A DNA stretch of 49,430 nt from assembly GCA_020428685.1 (NCBI GenBank), contig JAGQMJ010000002.1, positions 1 to 49,430 on the forward strand, read 5' to 3'. This DNA comes from Candidatus Kaiserbacteria bacterium. Its GTDB lineage: Bacteria > Patescibacteriota > Minisyncoccia > Phycocordibacterales > UBA918. Positions 8,751 through 16,701 of this stretch are shown here, one piece after another. The position numbers and the translations under genes were made by a program. Below the pieces are notes generated by a model. The model was given only the letters and a program-made list of their open reading frames with translations. It was not told the origin of the DNA and made no database searches. Position 1 is the first letter of the stretch. Each line of letters opens with the position of its first letter.

Positions 8751-9983
8751 ATGTCTCTATTTGGTCTAAAATCTCTTTCATCGAGATATGGAGTTGTAAT
8801 TGATATCGGGTCAGGCAGTGTACTAGTCTCAATTATCCACTCTGATAACTCACTACCACACCCCACTATTGTTTGGTCGCACCGAGAACATGCCCCACTT
8901 AAGAACATTGACTCACTTGAGCAGAGTTCAAAAGCTGTTATCACTGCGCTGGTAAACGCTTCAATGATACTGGAAGCTGAAGGAAGGAAAGTTCTCCATG
9001 AATACGACCACGGAGCTAAGCTCACAGACATGCAATGCAGCATTTCGGCACCTTGGTCTTACACAGTCACCAAAAACATCAACTACAAGCAAGACGGTCT
9101 GTTTTCTGTCACTGAAGACCTAATCGAAGATTTGACCATTACCGCCCAAGACAAAATCAATGCTGAGCTGAAAGAAACCAGCAACCTGAGTGAACTCGGC
9201 TTGAGTCTAGTGGCCAAAGGCACCATGGACTTACTCGTCAATGGCTACCACATCAACAATCCAGTAAAAGGCAAAGCGAAAGAGCTGTCAGTCGTCCTTA
9301 CAAACGCCGTGGCACACGACTATCTTGTAAATGCCGTCGACGAATTGCGCGACAAACTATTTCCCAACGTAGAATCAAAGAAGATTTCCTTTATTCTCAT
9401 GCTTCACAGTGTGACCAAAGAATTATTAAACCAAGCCTATGACGTTTGCTTGGTGGATGTCACCTACGAGGCTACTGAGATTGGAATCGTCAGAGACGGC
9501 TCGCTTCAATACAGCACTCACGCTTCATTCGGTTCTTTTTCAATCGCTCGAGAAATTTCAGCCATTACCGGAGTACCGCTACATGAAGCGCTCGGCTATT
9601 TACACACTGAAAAGCCATATTCATTTATGCAAAAGCTAAATAAGGCTCAACACGATGAAGTTGAGGCGGTTTTTGAATCCTATACCCAAAAAATAACCAA
9701 CCTATTCCACGAAACAGGCGATGAACTTTCCATTCCGAAGAAAATTTCACTACATTCTGACCTAGATAGCGAAACTTTGTTCCTAGACCTTATTGAAAAA
9801 GCCGCTAGACGCTGCCTAAAATCCGACCCGTCAGTCACCACCATTTCAAAAGAAATCATCAAACAAACCTATACAGAAAGCACCAAAGAATCAAAAATCA
9901 AAACCCCGACCGATACAGCACTCTTGCTTTCAGCGCAGTTTTTCCACAAACATAACAAAAGTCAATCATTCCAGTATCTATAA
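8751..9983 (+). CDS. actin-like (ASKHA) ATPase, PilM/FtsA-like
   Basis: The N-terminus MSLFGLKS..YGVVIDIGSGSV is a phosphate-1-like motif. The second motif is VCLVDVTYEATEIGIVRDG...FGSFSIAREIS. Confidence 0.55.
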   Translation: MSLFGLKSLSSRYGVVIDIGSGSVLVSIIHSDNSLPHPTIVWSHREHAPLKNIDSLEQSSKAVITALVNASMILEAEGRKVLHEYDHGAKLTDMQCSISAPWSYTVTKNINYKQDGLFSVTEDLIEDLTITAQDKINAELKETSNLSELGLSLVAKGTMDLLVNGYHINNPVKGKAKELSVVLTNAVAHDYLVNAVDELRDKLFPNVESKKISFILMLHSVTKELLNQAYDVCLVDVTYEATEIGIVRDGSLQYSTHASFGSFSIAREISAITGVPLHEALGYLHTEKPYSFMQKLNKAQHDEVEAVFESYTQKITNLFHETGDELSIPKKISLHSDLDSETLFLDLIEKAARRCLKSDPSVTTISKEIIKQTYTESTKESKIKTPTDTALLLSAQFFHKHNKSQSFQYL

Positions 9984-10007
9984 AGAGCTATACTGTAAGA
10001 TATACAT

Positions 10008-11312
10008 ATGACACAAAAATGGAATCTACAGGACATCCGTCCAGCTGAACCTCGCAAAAGAAGAGTTCCGCCACAAATGTCCCCGCAAAGCAATCAAGCT
10101 CAAAATACACCACCAACGGAAAGGGAGCATATACCAAGCATCGTAATTGAAGATGGTAGAAATAATGGCTCAAATAGACTAATCATTTCGATTGTCTTAT
10201 TTGTCGTCATCGTCGGTAGCGCCATCGGTCTGAGTGCACTACTTGGCAAGACTGAGCTTACTATTTATCCGGAGTTTAGAGAGCCAAATATCAGCGCCGA
10301 ATTCACAGCCTATCCAGACACCCGAGCTGGCGAACTTAGCTACGAAATAATGACTATCGAGGCTACAAGCGAGAGTCAGGTCAAGGCAACTGGCCAGGTA
10401 CAGATTCAAGAACAAGCCACTGGTGTAATCGAGATTGTAAAAACCACACCAGGAGCCGAAAGACTAATCAAAAACACCAGATTCCGAACTAAGGACGGTC
10501 TAGTCTTCAGAATCCAAGAATCAGTTGTTGTACCAGGGTCTGTCGACTCAGTACCAGGCACTATTCAAGCAGAAGTTTTCGCTGATGAAGTGGGCGAGGA
10601 GTACAACGTAGCAGCTGGAACCACCTTTGACATCCCTGGCTTCAAGGAGGGTGGCTTTACAGACCTTTACAATGCTATTTCTGCCAGAAGCAACGAAGCA
10701 TTCACAGGCGGTTTTGATGGACCTCAATTCAAGATTGACGAAAACGAACTCAGCACTGCTCGACAAGCTCTTCAGGTAGAACTACGTAACAATCTTCTGG
10801 CTCGTATCGACAACGAAAAGCCAGCTGACTTTATTGCCTTCAAAGATTCTGTAGCTATCACCTACAACCAGCTACCGGCAGTACAGTATGGTCAAGATTT
10901 AGTCACCATCCGCGAGCAGGCCATTTTGCAGATCCCACTATTTCCAGCTATTAAGTTTGGCTCATTCCTAGCACAAGAAACTGTCGCTACTTACGAAGGA
11001 AATCCAGTACGGGTAGACGACCCATCTATACTTACATTCCGCTACACTTCACCAACTACAACATCCAGTGTAATCGCCAATGCACCATCACTCACTTTCT
11101 CACTTACAGGTAAGCCACTACTTATTTGGGAGTATGACGCAGCCAAGCTCACAGCTGATTTGGCAGGTCTGCCAAAGACGGCTATAAATAACGCTGTTTT
11201 AGCTTATCCAGGTATTGATGGCGCCAAAGTACACATCACACCTTTCTGGCAAAGAACATTCCCAGAAAAAGCAGAGGATATAATAGTAATCGAAGAGCTG
11301 AAAAAAATATAA
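10008..11312 (+). CDS. single-pass membrane protein with basic/Pro-rich cytoplasmic tail and large beta-rich ectodomain (hypothetical, possibly Baseplate_J-like fold)
   Basis: One TM segment (LIISIVLFVVIVGSAIGLSALL) follows a ~55-aa N-terminal tail. The family assignment rests only on recollection of similar CPR proteins. Confidence 0.5.
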   Translation: MTQKWNLQDIRPAEPRKRRVPPQMSPQSNQAQNTPPTEREHIPSIVIEDGRNNGSNRLIISIVLFVVIVGSAIGLSALLGKTELTIYPEFREPNISAEFTAYPDTRAGELSYEIMTIEATSESQVKATGQVQIQEQATGVIEIVKTTPGAERLIKNTRFRTKDGLVFRIQESVVVPGSVDSVPGTIQAEVFADEVGEEYNVAAGTTFDIPGFKEGGFTDLYNAISARSNEAFTGGFDGPQFKIDENELSTARQALQVELRNNLLARIDNEKPADFIAFKDSVAITYNQLPAVQYGQDLVTIREQAILQIPLFPAIKFGSFLAQETVATYEGNPVRVDDPSILTFRYTSPTTTSSVIANAPSLTFSLTGKPLLIWEYDAAKLTADLAGLPKTAINNAVLAYPGIDGAKVHITPFWQRTFPEKAEDIIVIEELKKI

Positions 11313-11340
11313 TTTACCCCCACCTAACAACATGAAAGTG

Positions 11341-11369
11341 TTGACGGGTGTTGTTATATTTGTTAGTAT
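11341..11369 (+). promoter_or_regulatory. sigma70-type promoter of the infA/alpha operon
   Basis: TTGACG, a 17-nt spacer, then TGtTAGTAT. ATG11382 lies 12 nt after the -10 element. Confidence 0.6.
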
Positions 11370-11381
11370 CACCCTCGTTTA

Positions 11382-11609
11382 ATGGATCAAGACACATCAG
11401 CGGTTAAGGACGACTTAGTATACGGTGTAGTAGAGGAAGCTCTACCCAACGCGCTTTTTCGCGTCACCGTAGAGGGGTCTGATGAGACTATACTTGCGTA
11501 CCTCGCGGGTCGAATGCGGAGATTTCGCATCCGAGTCCTCGTCGGCGACAAAGTTGGTATGGTCACAGATCCATACGGAGGAAAAGCAAGAATCACAAAA
11601 CGTCTCTAA
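11382..11609 (+). CDS. infA: translation initiation factor IF-1
   Basis: The S1-like fold sequence [17 protein letters not shown]...[21 protein letters not shown] is present. Confidence 0.95.
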   Translation: MDQDTSAVKDDLVYGVVEEALPNALFRVTVEGSDETILAYLAGRMRRFRIRVLVGDKVGMVTDPYGGKARITKRL

Positions 11610-11618
11610 AAAGTATTT

Positions 11619-11735
11619 ATGAAAGTTCGATCATCAGTTAAAAAAATGAGTCCAGATGACAAAATTGTAAAGCGACGCGGTGTCGTGTTTGTCATCAACA
11701 AGAAGAAGCCACGACATAAGCAAAGACAAGGTTAA
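11619..11735 (+). CDS. rpmJ: 50S ribosomal protein L36
   Basis: Hand translation gives [38 protein letters not shown] (38 aa). It is below the ORF-track length cutoff. Confidence 0.9.
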   Translation: MKVRSSVKKMSPDDKIVKRRGVVFVINKKKPRHKQRQG

Positions 11736-11740
11736 ATTAT

Positions 11741-12118
11741 ATGAGAATTTCCGGTATAACAATCCCAGACGAAAAACAACTATCCTATGCACTAACCGCT
11801 GTGTATGGTATTGGTCTATCTCGCTCAAAGGATATCCTCGATGAACTATCAATCGAGCACACAAAGAAGGCAACAGAACTGTCAACAGAACAGGAAAATG
11901 CAATTCGTGAAAAAATTGAAGCATTCACAATTGAAGGTGAACTAAAGCGTCAAACAGCAGGTAACATCAAGCGTCTGAAGGACATTGGTTCATACCGAGG
12001 CTCACGACACGCTAAGCGTCTACCAGCACGTGGACAACGAACCAAGACTAACTCTCGAACTCTCAAGGGAGCTAAGAAGACTATGGGTAGTGGAAAGCGT
12101 AAGCTCGAAAAGACTTAA
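11741..12118 (+). CDS. rpsM: 30S ribosomal protein S13
   Basis: MRISGITIP...YGIGLSRS...GSYRGSRH matches S13. Confidence 0.95.
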   Translation: MRISGITIPDEKQLSYALTAVYGIGLSRSKDILDELSIEHTKKATELSTEQENAIREKIEAFTIEGELKRQTAGNIKRLKDIGSYRGSRHAKRLPARGQRTKTNSRTLKGAKKTMGSGKRKLEKT

Positions 12119-12148
12119 TTTTATTAATATTTCATAACGTAACGACAT

Positions 12149-12580
12149 ATGGGTAAGAAACGTATCATGAAGAAGAGCGGGGGATCAGATGTAGCAGGTA
12201 CATCACGCGCCCTCAATCGAATTCCTAAAAAGAAACTAGCTGCAGGAAAACTAAACATCCTAGCTACTTTCAACAACACACTTTTGACACTTTGTGACTC
12301 AAAGGGCAACGCTGTGATGTCTGCATCAAGTGGAGCCTTGGGCTTTAAGGGTTCTCGAAAGAGTACACCTTTTGCGGCCGCAAAGGTTGGTGAAATTATT
12401 GGAGAAAAGGCTCAGCAAATGGGTATGAAGGACGCTGACGTAGTTGTACGTGGTGTTGGTGCAGGACGAGAGTCTGCGCTTCGAGCGTTTGCTGGAAAGG
12501 GAATTGGTATCACAAAGATTACCGATGCAACCCCAGTGCCATTTAATGGACCACGAGCTCCTAAGCCTCGTCGAATCTAG
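12149..12580 (+). CDS. rpsK: 30S ribosomal protein S11
   Basis: ILATFNNTLLTLCD..GFKGSRKSTPFAA..VRGVGAGRESALRA matches S11. Confidence 0.95.
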   Translation: MGKKRIMKKSGGSDVAGTSRALNRIPKKKLAAGKLNILATFNNTLLTLCDSKGNAVMSASSGALGFKGSRKSTPFAAAKVGEIIGEKAQQMGMKDADVVVRGVGAGRESALRAFAGKGIGITKITDATPVPFNGPRAPKPRRI

Positions 12581-12589
12581 TTTTAGCTT

Positions 12590-13201
12590 ATGAAAATCGG
12601 ACCAAAATTTAAAATCGCCAAGCGATTAGGCGCACCAATCTTCGAAAAGACTCAAACTCCAAAGTTTGAACTTTCTGTTGCACGTAGTGCCAACCAACGC
12701 CGAGGACGACGTCCTGGTCAAGCAAGTGACTACAAGCGTCAGCTTATTGAAAAGCAAAAGATGCGATTTACCTATGGCATCTCAGAGAAGCAACTTCGAC
12801 GTTATGTTGATGAGGCAGTAGAAAAGAGTAACCAGCCAGTAGCATTGTTGATGGAACGACTAGAAAGTCGCCTAGACAACGTAGTTTACCGAATGGGACT
12901 AGCTAAGACACGTCGTCTAGCTCGACAAATTTCTTCACACGGACACATCTGTGTAAACGGAAAGAAGATGACTATTCCTTCTCACCGAGTAAAGATTGGA
13001 GACGTTATTTCTATCCGTGAAGGAAGTCGACAATCAGTACTTTTCGTTAATCTTGCTGAAACTCATGAAGCTGCAGGAGTACCTGCATGGCTCACATATG
13101 ATGCAAAGAAATCAGAAGGTATCGTAAAAGCAGCACCAGTCTATAATCCAGCCGAAACTCTGTTTGACCCTGAACAAGTGATGGAATACTACAGTCGATA
13201 G
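12590..13201 (+). CDS. rpsD: 30S ribosomal protein S4
   Basis: SDYKRQLIEKQKMRFTYGISEKQ...LESRLDNVVYRMG is followed by an S4 RNA-binding domain. Confidence 0.95.
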   Translation: MKIGPKFKIAKRLGAPIFEKTQTPKFELSVARSANQRRGRRPGQASDYKRQLIEKQKMRFTYGISEKQLRRYVDEAVEKSNQPVALLMERLESRLDNVVYRMGLAKTRRLARQISSHGHICVNGKKMTIPSHRVKIGDVISIREGSRQSVLFVNLAETHEAAGVPAWLTYDAKKSEGIVKAAPVYNPAETLFDPEQVMEYYSR

Positions 13202-13242
13202 GATTAGAGGTTTACAAAAAATATTTAGTTCAAAAAACAATT

Positions 13243-14202
13243 ATGTTGGAAACAAATGTAACTCTACCATCAAAGCCACGAGTAGTATCAGAAGAAGACA
13301 ACCACGGAATTTTCGAAATCGATGGTCTTTACCCTGGATACGGACACACACTTGGAAACTCACTTCGACGTATCATCCTCTCCTCTCTACCTGGAGCAGC
13401 GATTACTCAAGTTAAAATTGATGGTGCCGAACACGAATTCTCAACTCTGGAAGGAGTTAAGGAGGACATTATTACAATCTTGCTAAACCTACGACGAGTT
13501 CGTCTGCACATGCACACAGATGAGCCAATGACTATCTCTCTAAAGAAGAGTGGCGCTGGCGTAGTGACTGCAGCAGATATCACTTCACCAACTCAAGTTG
13601 AAATCCTAAACGGAGATCAATACATCGGTGAAATCACAAACAAGTCAGGCAAGCTAAATATTGAAATGACAGTGGAGCGTGGTCTAGGCTACGTCCCTCG
13701 AGAAGTTCACCAGAAGGACAAAGTGGAGATTGGAACAATCGCTCTAGATGCTGTGTTTACACCAATTCGTCGTGCAAACTACGAAGTTGAAAACATGCGA
13801 GTTGGAGACCGAACAGATTACAACCGATTGAGAGTAATTATCGAAACAGACGGAACATACACAGCCCGTGAGGCGCTGGAGAAGTCTATCGAAATTATGA
13901 TTCATCAGTTGAAGTCAGTTATTGGCTTCCAGGAACAGCGCACAGAAGCTGAGGCTCCAAAGGCTGAGGTTGTTGAAGAAGTTTCTGACGAACCAGATCA
14001 GGAAGTTCTAAAGACAAGAATCGAAACACTTGACCTAACTAGTCGAACATTACAAGCACTTGAGGAGGCAAGTATCCGCACTGTCGGAGGACTCGTGCGA
14101 AAGAAGAAAGATGACATTCTAGCTCTTGACGGTATTGGACCAAAGGGACTAGAGGAAATCCAAGAACTCCTCGCTAAAATGAAACTCACTCTAGAAGATT
14201 AA
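13243..14202 (+). CDS. rpoA: DNA-directed RNA polymerase subunit alpha
   Basis: GHTLGNSLRRILLSS-type motif and a C-terminal HhH (LDLTSRTLQALEEASIRTVGGL) are present. Confidence 0.95.
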   Translation: MLETNVTLPSKPRVVSEEDNHGIFEIDGLYPGYGHTLGNSLRRIILSSLPGAAITQVKIDGAEHEFSTLEGVKEDIITILLNLRRVRLHMHTDEPMTISLKKSGAGVVTAADITSPTQVEILNGDQYIGEITNKSGKLNIEMTVERGLGYVPREVHQKDKVEIGTIALDAVFTPIRRANYEVENMRVGDRTDYNRLRVIIETDGTYTAREALEKSIEIMIHQLKSVIGFQEQRTEAEAPKAEVVEEVSDEPDQEVLKTRIETLDLTSRTLQALEEASIRTVGGLVRKKKDDILALDGIGPKGLEEIQELLAKMKLTLED

Positions 14203-14207
14203 GACTT

Positions 14208-14564
14208 ATGAGACACTCAAATAACACAAGAACTCTCAGCCGCACAAGAAGTCAGCGAACAGCGTTGATTCGTGGATTGGCGGTGTCTCTTATCCGAGAC
14301 GGCCAAATCAAAACCACTCTTGCAAAAGCTAAAGAGCTTCAGCCAAACATCGAGCGATTGGTAACTCACGCTAAGAAGGATTCTGTTGCGTCACGACGCC
14401 TAGTTGCTTCTCAGCTTGGAGAACCAAAAGACGATACTATTTCAAAACTATTTGCAGAAATTGCACCTAAGTTTGCTGAACGAAATGGTGGTTACACTCG
14501 AGTTGTAAAACTCGGACGAACTTCACCAGGACGAGAGGAGGCAGTAATAGCTTTTGTTGAATAA
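14208..14564 (+). CDS. rplQ: 50S ribosomal protein L17
   Basis: RTRSQRTALIRGLAVSLI..GQIKTTLAKAKEL...GGYTRVVKLG matches L17. Confidence 0.95.
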   Translation: MRHSNNTRTLSRTRSQRTALIRGLAVSLIRDGQIKTTLAKAKELQPNIERLVTHAKKDSVASRRLVASQLGEPKDDTISKLFAEIAPKFAERNGGYTRVVKLGRTSPGREEAVIAFVE

Positions 14565-14569
14565 CTATT

Positions 14570-14929
14570 ATGACTACCGAAACTACAAAGACCCACACAA
14601 TTGACGCTACCGGAAAGCGACTTGGAAAAGTTGCAACCGAAGCCGCAACTGTCTTGATGGGCAAGAATGATCCAAGCTTTGCAAAGAACGTTATTGCTGA
14701 TGTACAGGTTACTATCACAAACGTAAGCAAGCTTGATGTGCCAGAGAAGAGAGAAGGTGAAATCTACCAAAGCTACTCAGGCTTCCCAGGAGGAAGAAAG
14801 ACAGAAACTTTGATTCACTTGGCTGAACGACGTGGCTATGCAGAAGTTGTACAGCGTACAATTGCTGGCATGCTACCTGGTAACAAGCACAAGAAGCGAC
14901 TTTTGACTAAATTAGTAATCACTGAGTAA
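14570..14929 (+). CDS. rplM: 50S ribosomal protein L13 (short, 119 aa)
   Basis: IDATGKRLGKVATEAATVLMGK...YSGFPGG...MLPGNK matches L13. Confidence 0.9.
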   Translation: MTTETTKTHTIDATGKRLGKVATEAATVLMGKNDPSFAKNVIADVQVTITNVSKLDVPEKREGEIYQSYSGFPGGRKTETLIHLAERRGYAEVVQRTIAGMLPGNKHKKRLLTKLVITE

Positions 14930-14937
14930 TCTGTAAT

Positions 14938-15348
14938 ATGTCTGCTACAAAGAAAACAACATACGTAGAAGGATTGGGACGACGCAAGACTTCAACAGCT
15001 CGCGTTCGACTAACTCCAGCTACAGCTACAGAAATAACAGTGAACAACAAGCCGCTTGCTGAATATTTCCAAAACTTATCACACCAGAAGGACGTAATGT
15101 CTGTTCTAGAAACTAAGGATGCTGGTATTGAGCATTACACAATCACTGCGAAAGTAGTTGGTGGTGGAATCTCATCTCAAGCTGAGTCAATCCGTCTTGG
15201 AATTGCTCGCGCCCTAGTGAAAGAAAAGGCTGACCGTCGTGGCGCTCTTAAAGCTGAAGGTTACCTTATGCGTGACCCTCGCTCTGTGGAACGAAAGAAG
15301 TTCGGTCTACGAAAAGCTCGAAAGCGACCGGCCTGGTCAAAGCGATAG
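14938..15348 (+). CDS. rpsI: 30S ribosomal protein S9
   Basis: GLGRRKTSTARVRL...GGGISSQAESIRLGIARAL...RDPRSVERKKFGLRKARK matches S9. Confidence 0.95.
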   Translation: MSATKKTTYVEGLGRRKTSTARVRLTPATATEITVNNKPLAEYFQNLSHQKDVMSVLETKDAGIEHYTITAKVVGGGISSQAESIRLGIARALVKEKADRRGALKAEGYLMRDPRSVERKKFGLRKARKRPAWSKR

Positions 15349-15350
15349 TA

Positions 15351-15376
15351 AAAAGCCTCCTCACGGAGGCTTTTTT
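15351..15376 (+). terminator. intrinsic terminator after rpsI
   Basis: aaaa-gcctcc-tcac-ggaggc-TTTTTT. Confidence 0.85.
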
Positions 15377-15377
15377 C

Positions 15378-15406
15378 TTTACAAATTTGCTTTTGTGTTG
15401 TATTTT
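15378..15406 (+). promoter_or_regulatory. putative sigma70 promoter for the receiver-domain cassette
   Basis: TTTACA, a 17-nt spacer, then TATTTT. It is followed by a ~45-nt leader carrying AAGGAG. Confidence 0.4.
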
Positions 15407-15457
15407 TGTGGCGGATGTAAATCGATTAACCCCAAGGACAATTCAAGGAGTCATGAG

Positions 15458-15823
15458 ATGAGCAAGCGTATCGCAGTATTCGAAGACGATGAGGATATTC
15501 GGTACCTGATCGAGCTAATGGTGGAACAAGCTGGGTTCGTGGTTACCAGCTTTGAAAGCGGAGTTGATTTCGAGGACAACTTGGGTGAATTGGGGTTTGA
15601 TGCAGTCATCACAGACTACAATCTCGGTACAGGCCCCGACGGATACGAAATCGCATTACACGTGACTTTCAACCTTGAAGTTCCGTGCCTGCTTCATACT
15701 GGTTACCCGGAGGAAGACTGGCCGGAGCACTTCAAAAGTGGTGCTCTTGGTGAGAATGTCACAGTGTCTGAGAAGGAGATTGGACTCCTGGAAGTTGAAG
15801 ACTTTTTGTCGAAGTTGAGCTGA
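15458..15823 (+). CDS. stand-alone response-regulator receiver (CheY-like) domain protein
   Basis: RIAVFEDDEDIRYLI (acidic pocket) and AVITDYNL (phospho-acceptor Asp) are present. There is no output domain. SD AAGGAG at 15445-15450 lies 7 nt before the ATG. Confidence 0.7.
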   Translation: MSKRIAVFEDDEDIRYLIELMVEQAGFVVTSFESGVDFEDNLGELGFDAVITDYNLGTGPDGYEIALHVTFNLEVPCLLHTGYPEEDWPEHFKSGALGENVTVSEKEIGLLEVEDFLSKLS

Positions 15824-15825
15824 CA

Positions 15826-15858
15826 TTGGCTGGCCCGAGCTCTGCTCGGGCCAGCCAA
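15826..15858 (+). other. perfect 12-14-bp GC-rich intercistronic stem-loop
   Basis: ggctggcccgag-ctctg-ctcgggccagcc with flanking T/A pairs. It is followed by A-rich rather than T-rich sequence, so it is not a canonical terminator. Confidence 0.6.
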
Positions 15859-15870
15859 AAAGGAACTCTG

Positions 15871-16020
15871 ATGAACCAAGATATTCTCAGCCTTGTTTTC
15901 GCCACAGTGTCGACCCTGACAGTGAGTATTTTCACAACAAACAACCAAAAGCACCAAGCAGGGCTCGCTCTGTCAGCCATTATGGTCGCACTCATGTACA
16001 TTGCACTTTCGATTCTTTAA
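15871..16020 (+). CDS. small membrane protein (49 aa, two hydrophobic segments)
   Basis: MNQDILSLVFATVSTLTVSIF...LALSAIMVALMYIALSIL. SD-like AAGGA lies 6 nt upstream, and a terminator follows. Confidence 0.45.
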   Translation: MNQDILSLVFATVSTLTVSIFTTNNQKHQAGLALSAIMVALMYIALSIL

Positions 16021-16048
16021 CCGACTCTCTCACGAGGTCGGTTTTTTT
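16021..16048 (+). terminator. intrinsic terminator
   Basis: The ccgac(t)ctc-tcac-gag-gtcgg stem is followed by TTTTTTT, which overlaps the next -35 element. Confidence 0.7.
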
Positions 16049-16075
16049 GACATTCGAGCCTTTTCTACTTATAAT
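16047..16075 (+). promoter_or_regulatory. perfect-consensus sigma70 promoter of grpE-dnaK-dnaJ
   Basis: TTGACA, a 17-nt spacer, then TATAAT. ATG16084 begins 8 nt after the -10 element. Confidence 0.7.
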
Positions 16076-16083
16076 GCGCCCGT

Positions 16084-16686
16084 ATGGTGAATATGAATAA
16101 CGATGAAAATGAGGTTGATGTAGAAATCACCAACGAAGAAACTACAGAAATTGACGAACCAGAATTAATAGATATTGAAGAAAAATCCAGTGACAAGCTA
16201 AAGAGAATGCGAGAAAAATTAGCTCACTGTGAAGAAGAAAAGAAGAAAATCTTAGATGACAGTCAACGAGCCAAGGCAGACTTTCTAAACGCTCGTAAAA
16301 GACTCGAGAACGAACGCGAGTTGGACAAGGTTCGCTACCGAAAAAAGCATGTTTTAGAATTATTGCCACTTTGTGATAGTTTCCAAATGGCAATGAGCAA
16401 TACTGAAGCGTGGGAGAAAGCGGACGAGTCTTGGCGTAAGGGTGTAGAAGGAATTCACACTCAGTTACTCCGGATTCTTGAGTCTTATGAAGTATCAGCA
16501 GTCGACCCAACCGGGCAAAAGTTTAACCCACATCAGCACGAAGCAATCGGAACTGAGGTGGTTGAAGACGAAGCGAAAGTTGACACTGTCATCAGCGTAG
16601 TACAAAGAGGTTACATTATGAAAGACGGTCAGACTGAAGAAACCATTCGACCAGCCCGAGTAACCACTGGAATAATTAAAGAATAA
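16084..16686 (+). CDS. grpE: nucleotide exchange factor GrpE
   Basis: An acidic N-terminus, then a coiled coil, then DPTGQKFNPHQHEAI...VVQRGY (the GrpE C-terminal signature). Confidence 0.9.
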   Translation: MVNMNNDENEVDVEITNEETTEIDEPELIDIEEKSSDKLKRMREKLAHCEEEKKKILDDSQRAKADFLNARKRLENERELDKVRYRKKHVLELLPLCDSFQMAMSNTEAWEKADESWRKGVEGIHTQLLRILESYEVSAVDPTGQKFNPHQHEAIGTEVVEDEAKVDTVISVVQRGYIMKDGQTEETIRPARVTTGIIKE

Positions 16687-16701
16687 TTTTAAGAATTTAT
16701 T

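Noticed and set aside
11328-11343. Small hairpin CAACAU-GAAA-GUGUUG upstream of infA, considered as a terminator of the preceding gene.
   Set aside because: It has only a 6-bp stem with one G.U pair and no clear U-tract, and it overlaps the -35 element. This is too weak to call.
15239-15457. N-terminal 73-codon extension of the receiver-domain ORF (track start 15239).
   Set aside because: The extension overlaps the rpsI 3' end and runs through the rpsI terminator hairpin. ATG15458 has a perfect AAGGAG 7 nt upstream and starts the conserved receiver fold.
15826-15870. Longer version of the small ORF starting at 15826.
   Set aside because: The first 15 codons consist of the GC-rich stem-loop itself. 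ATG15871 is preceded by AAGGA and starts the hydrophobic protein.
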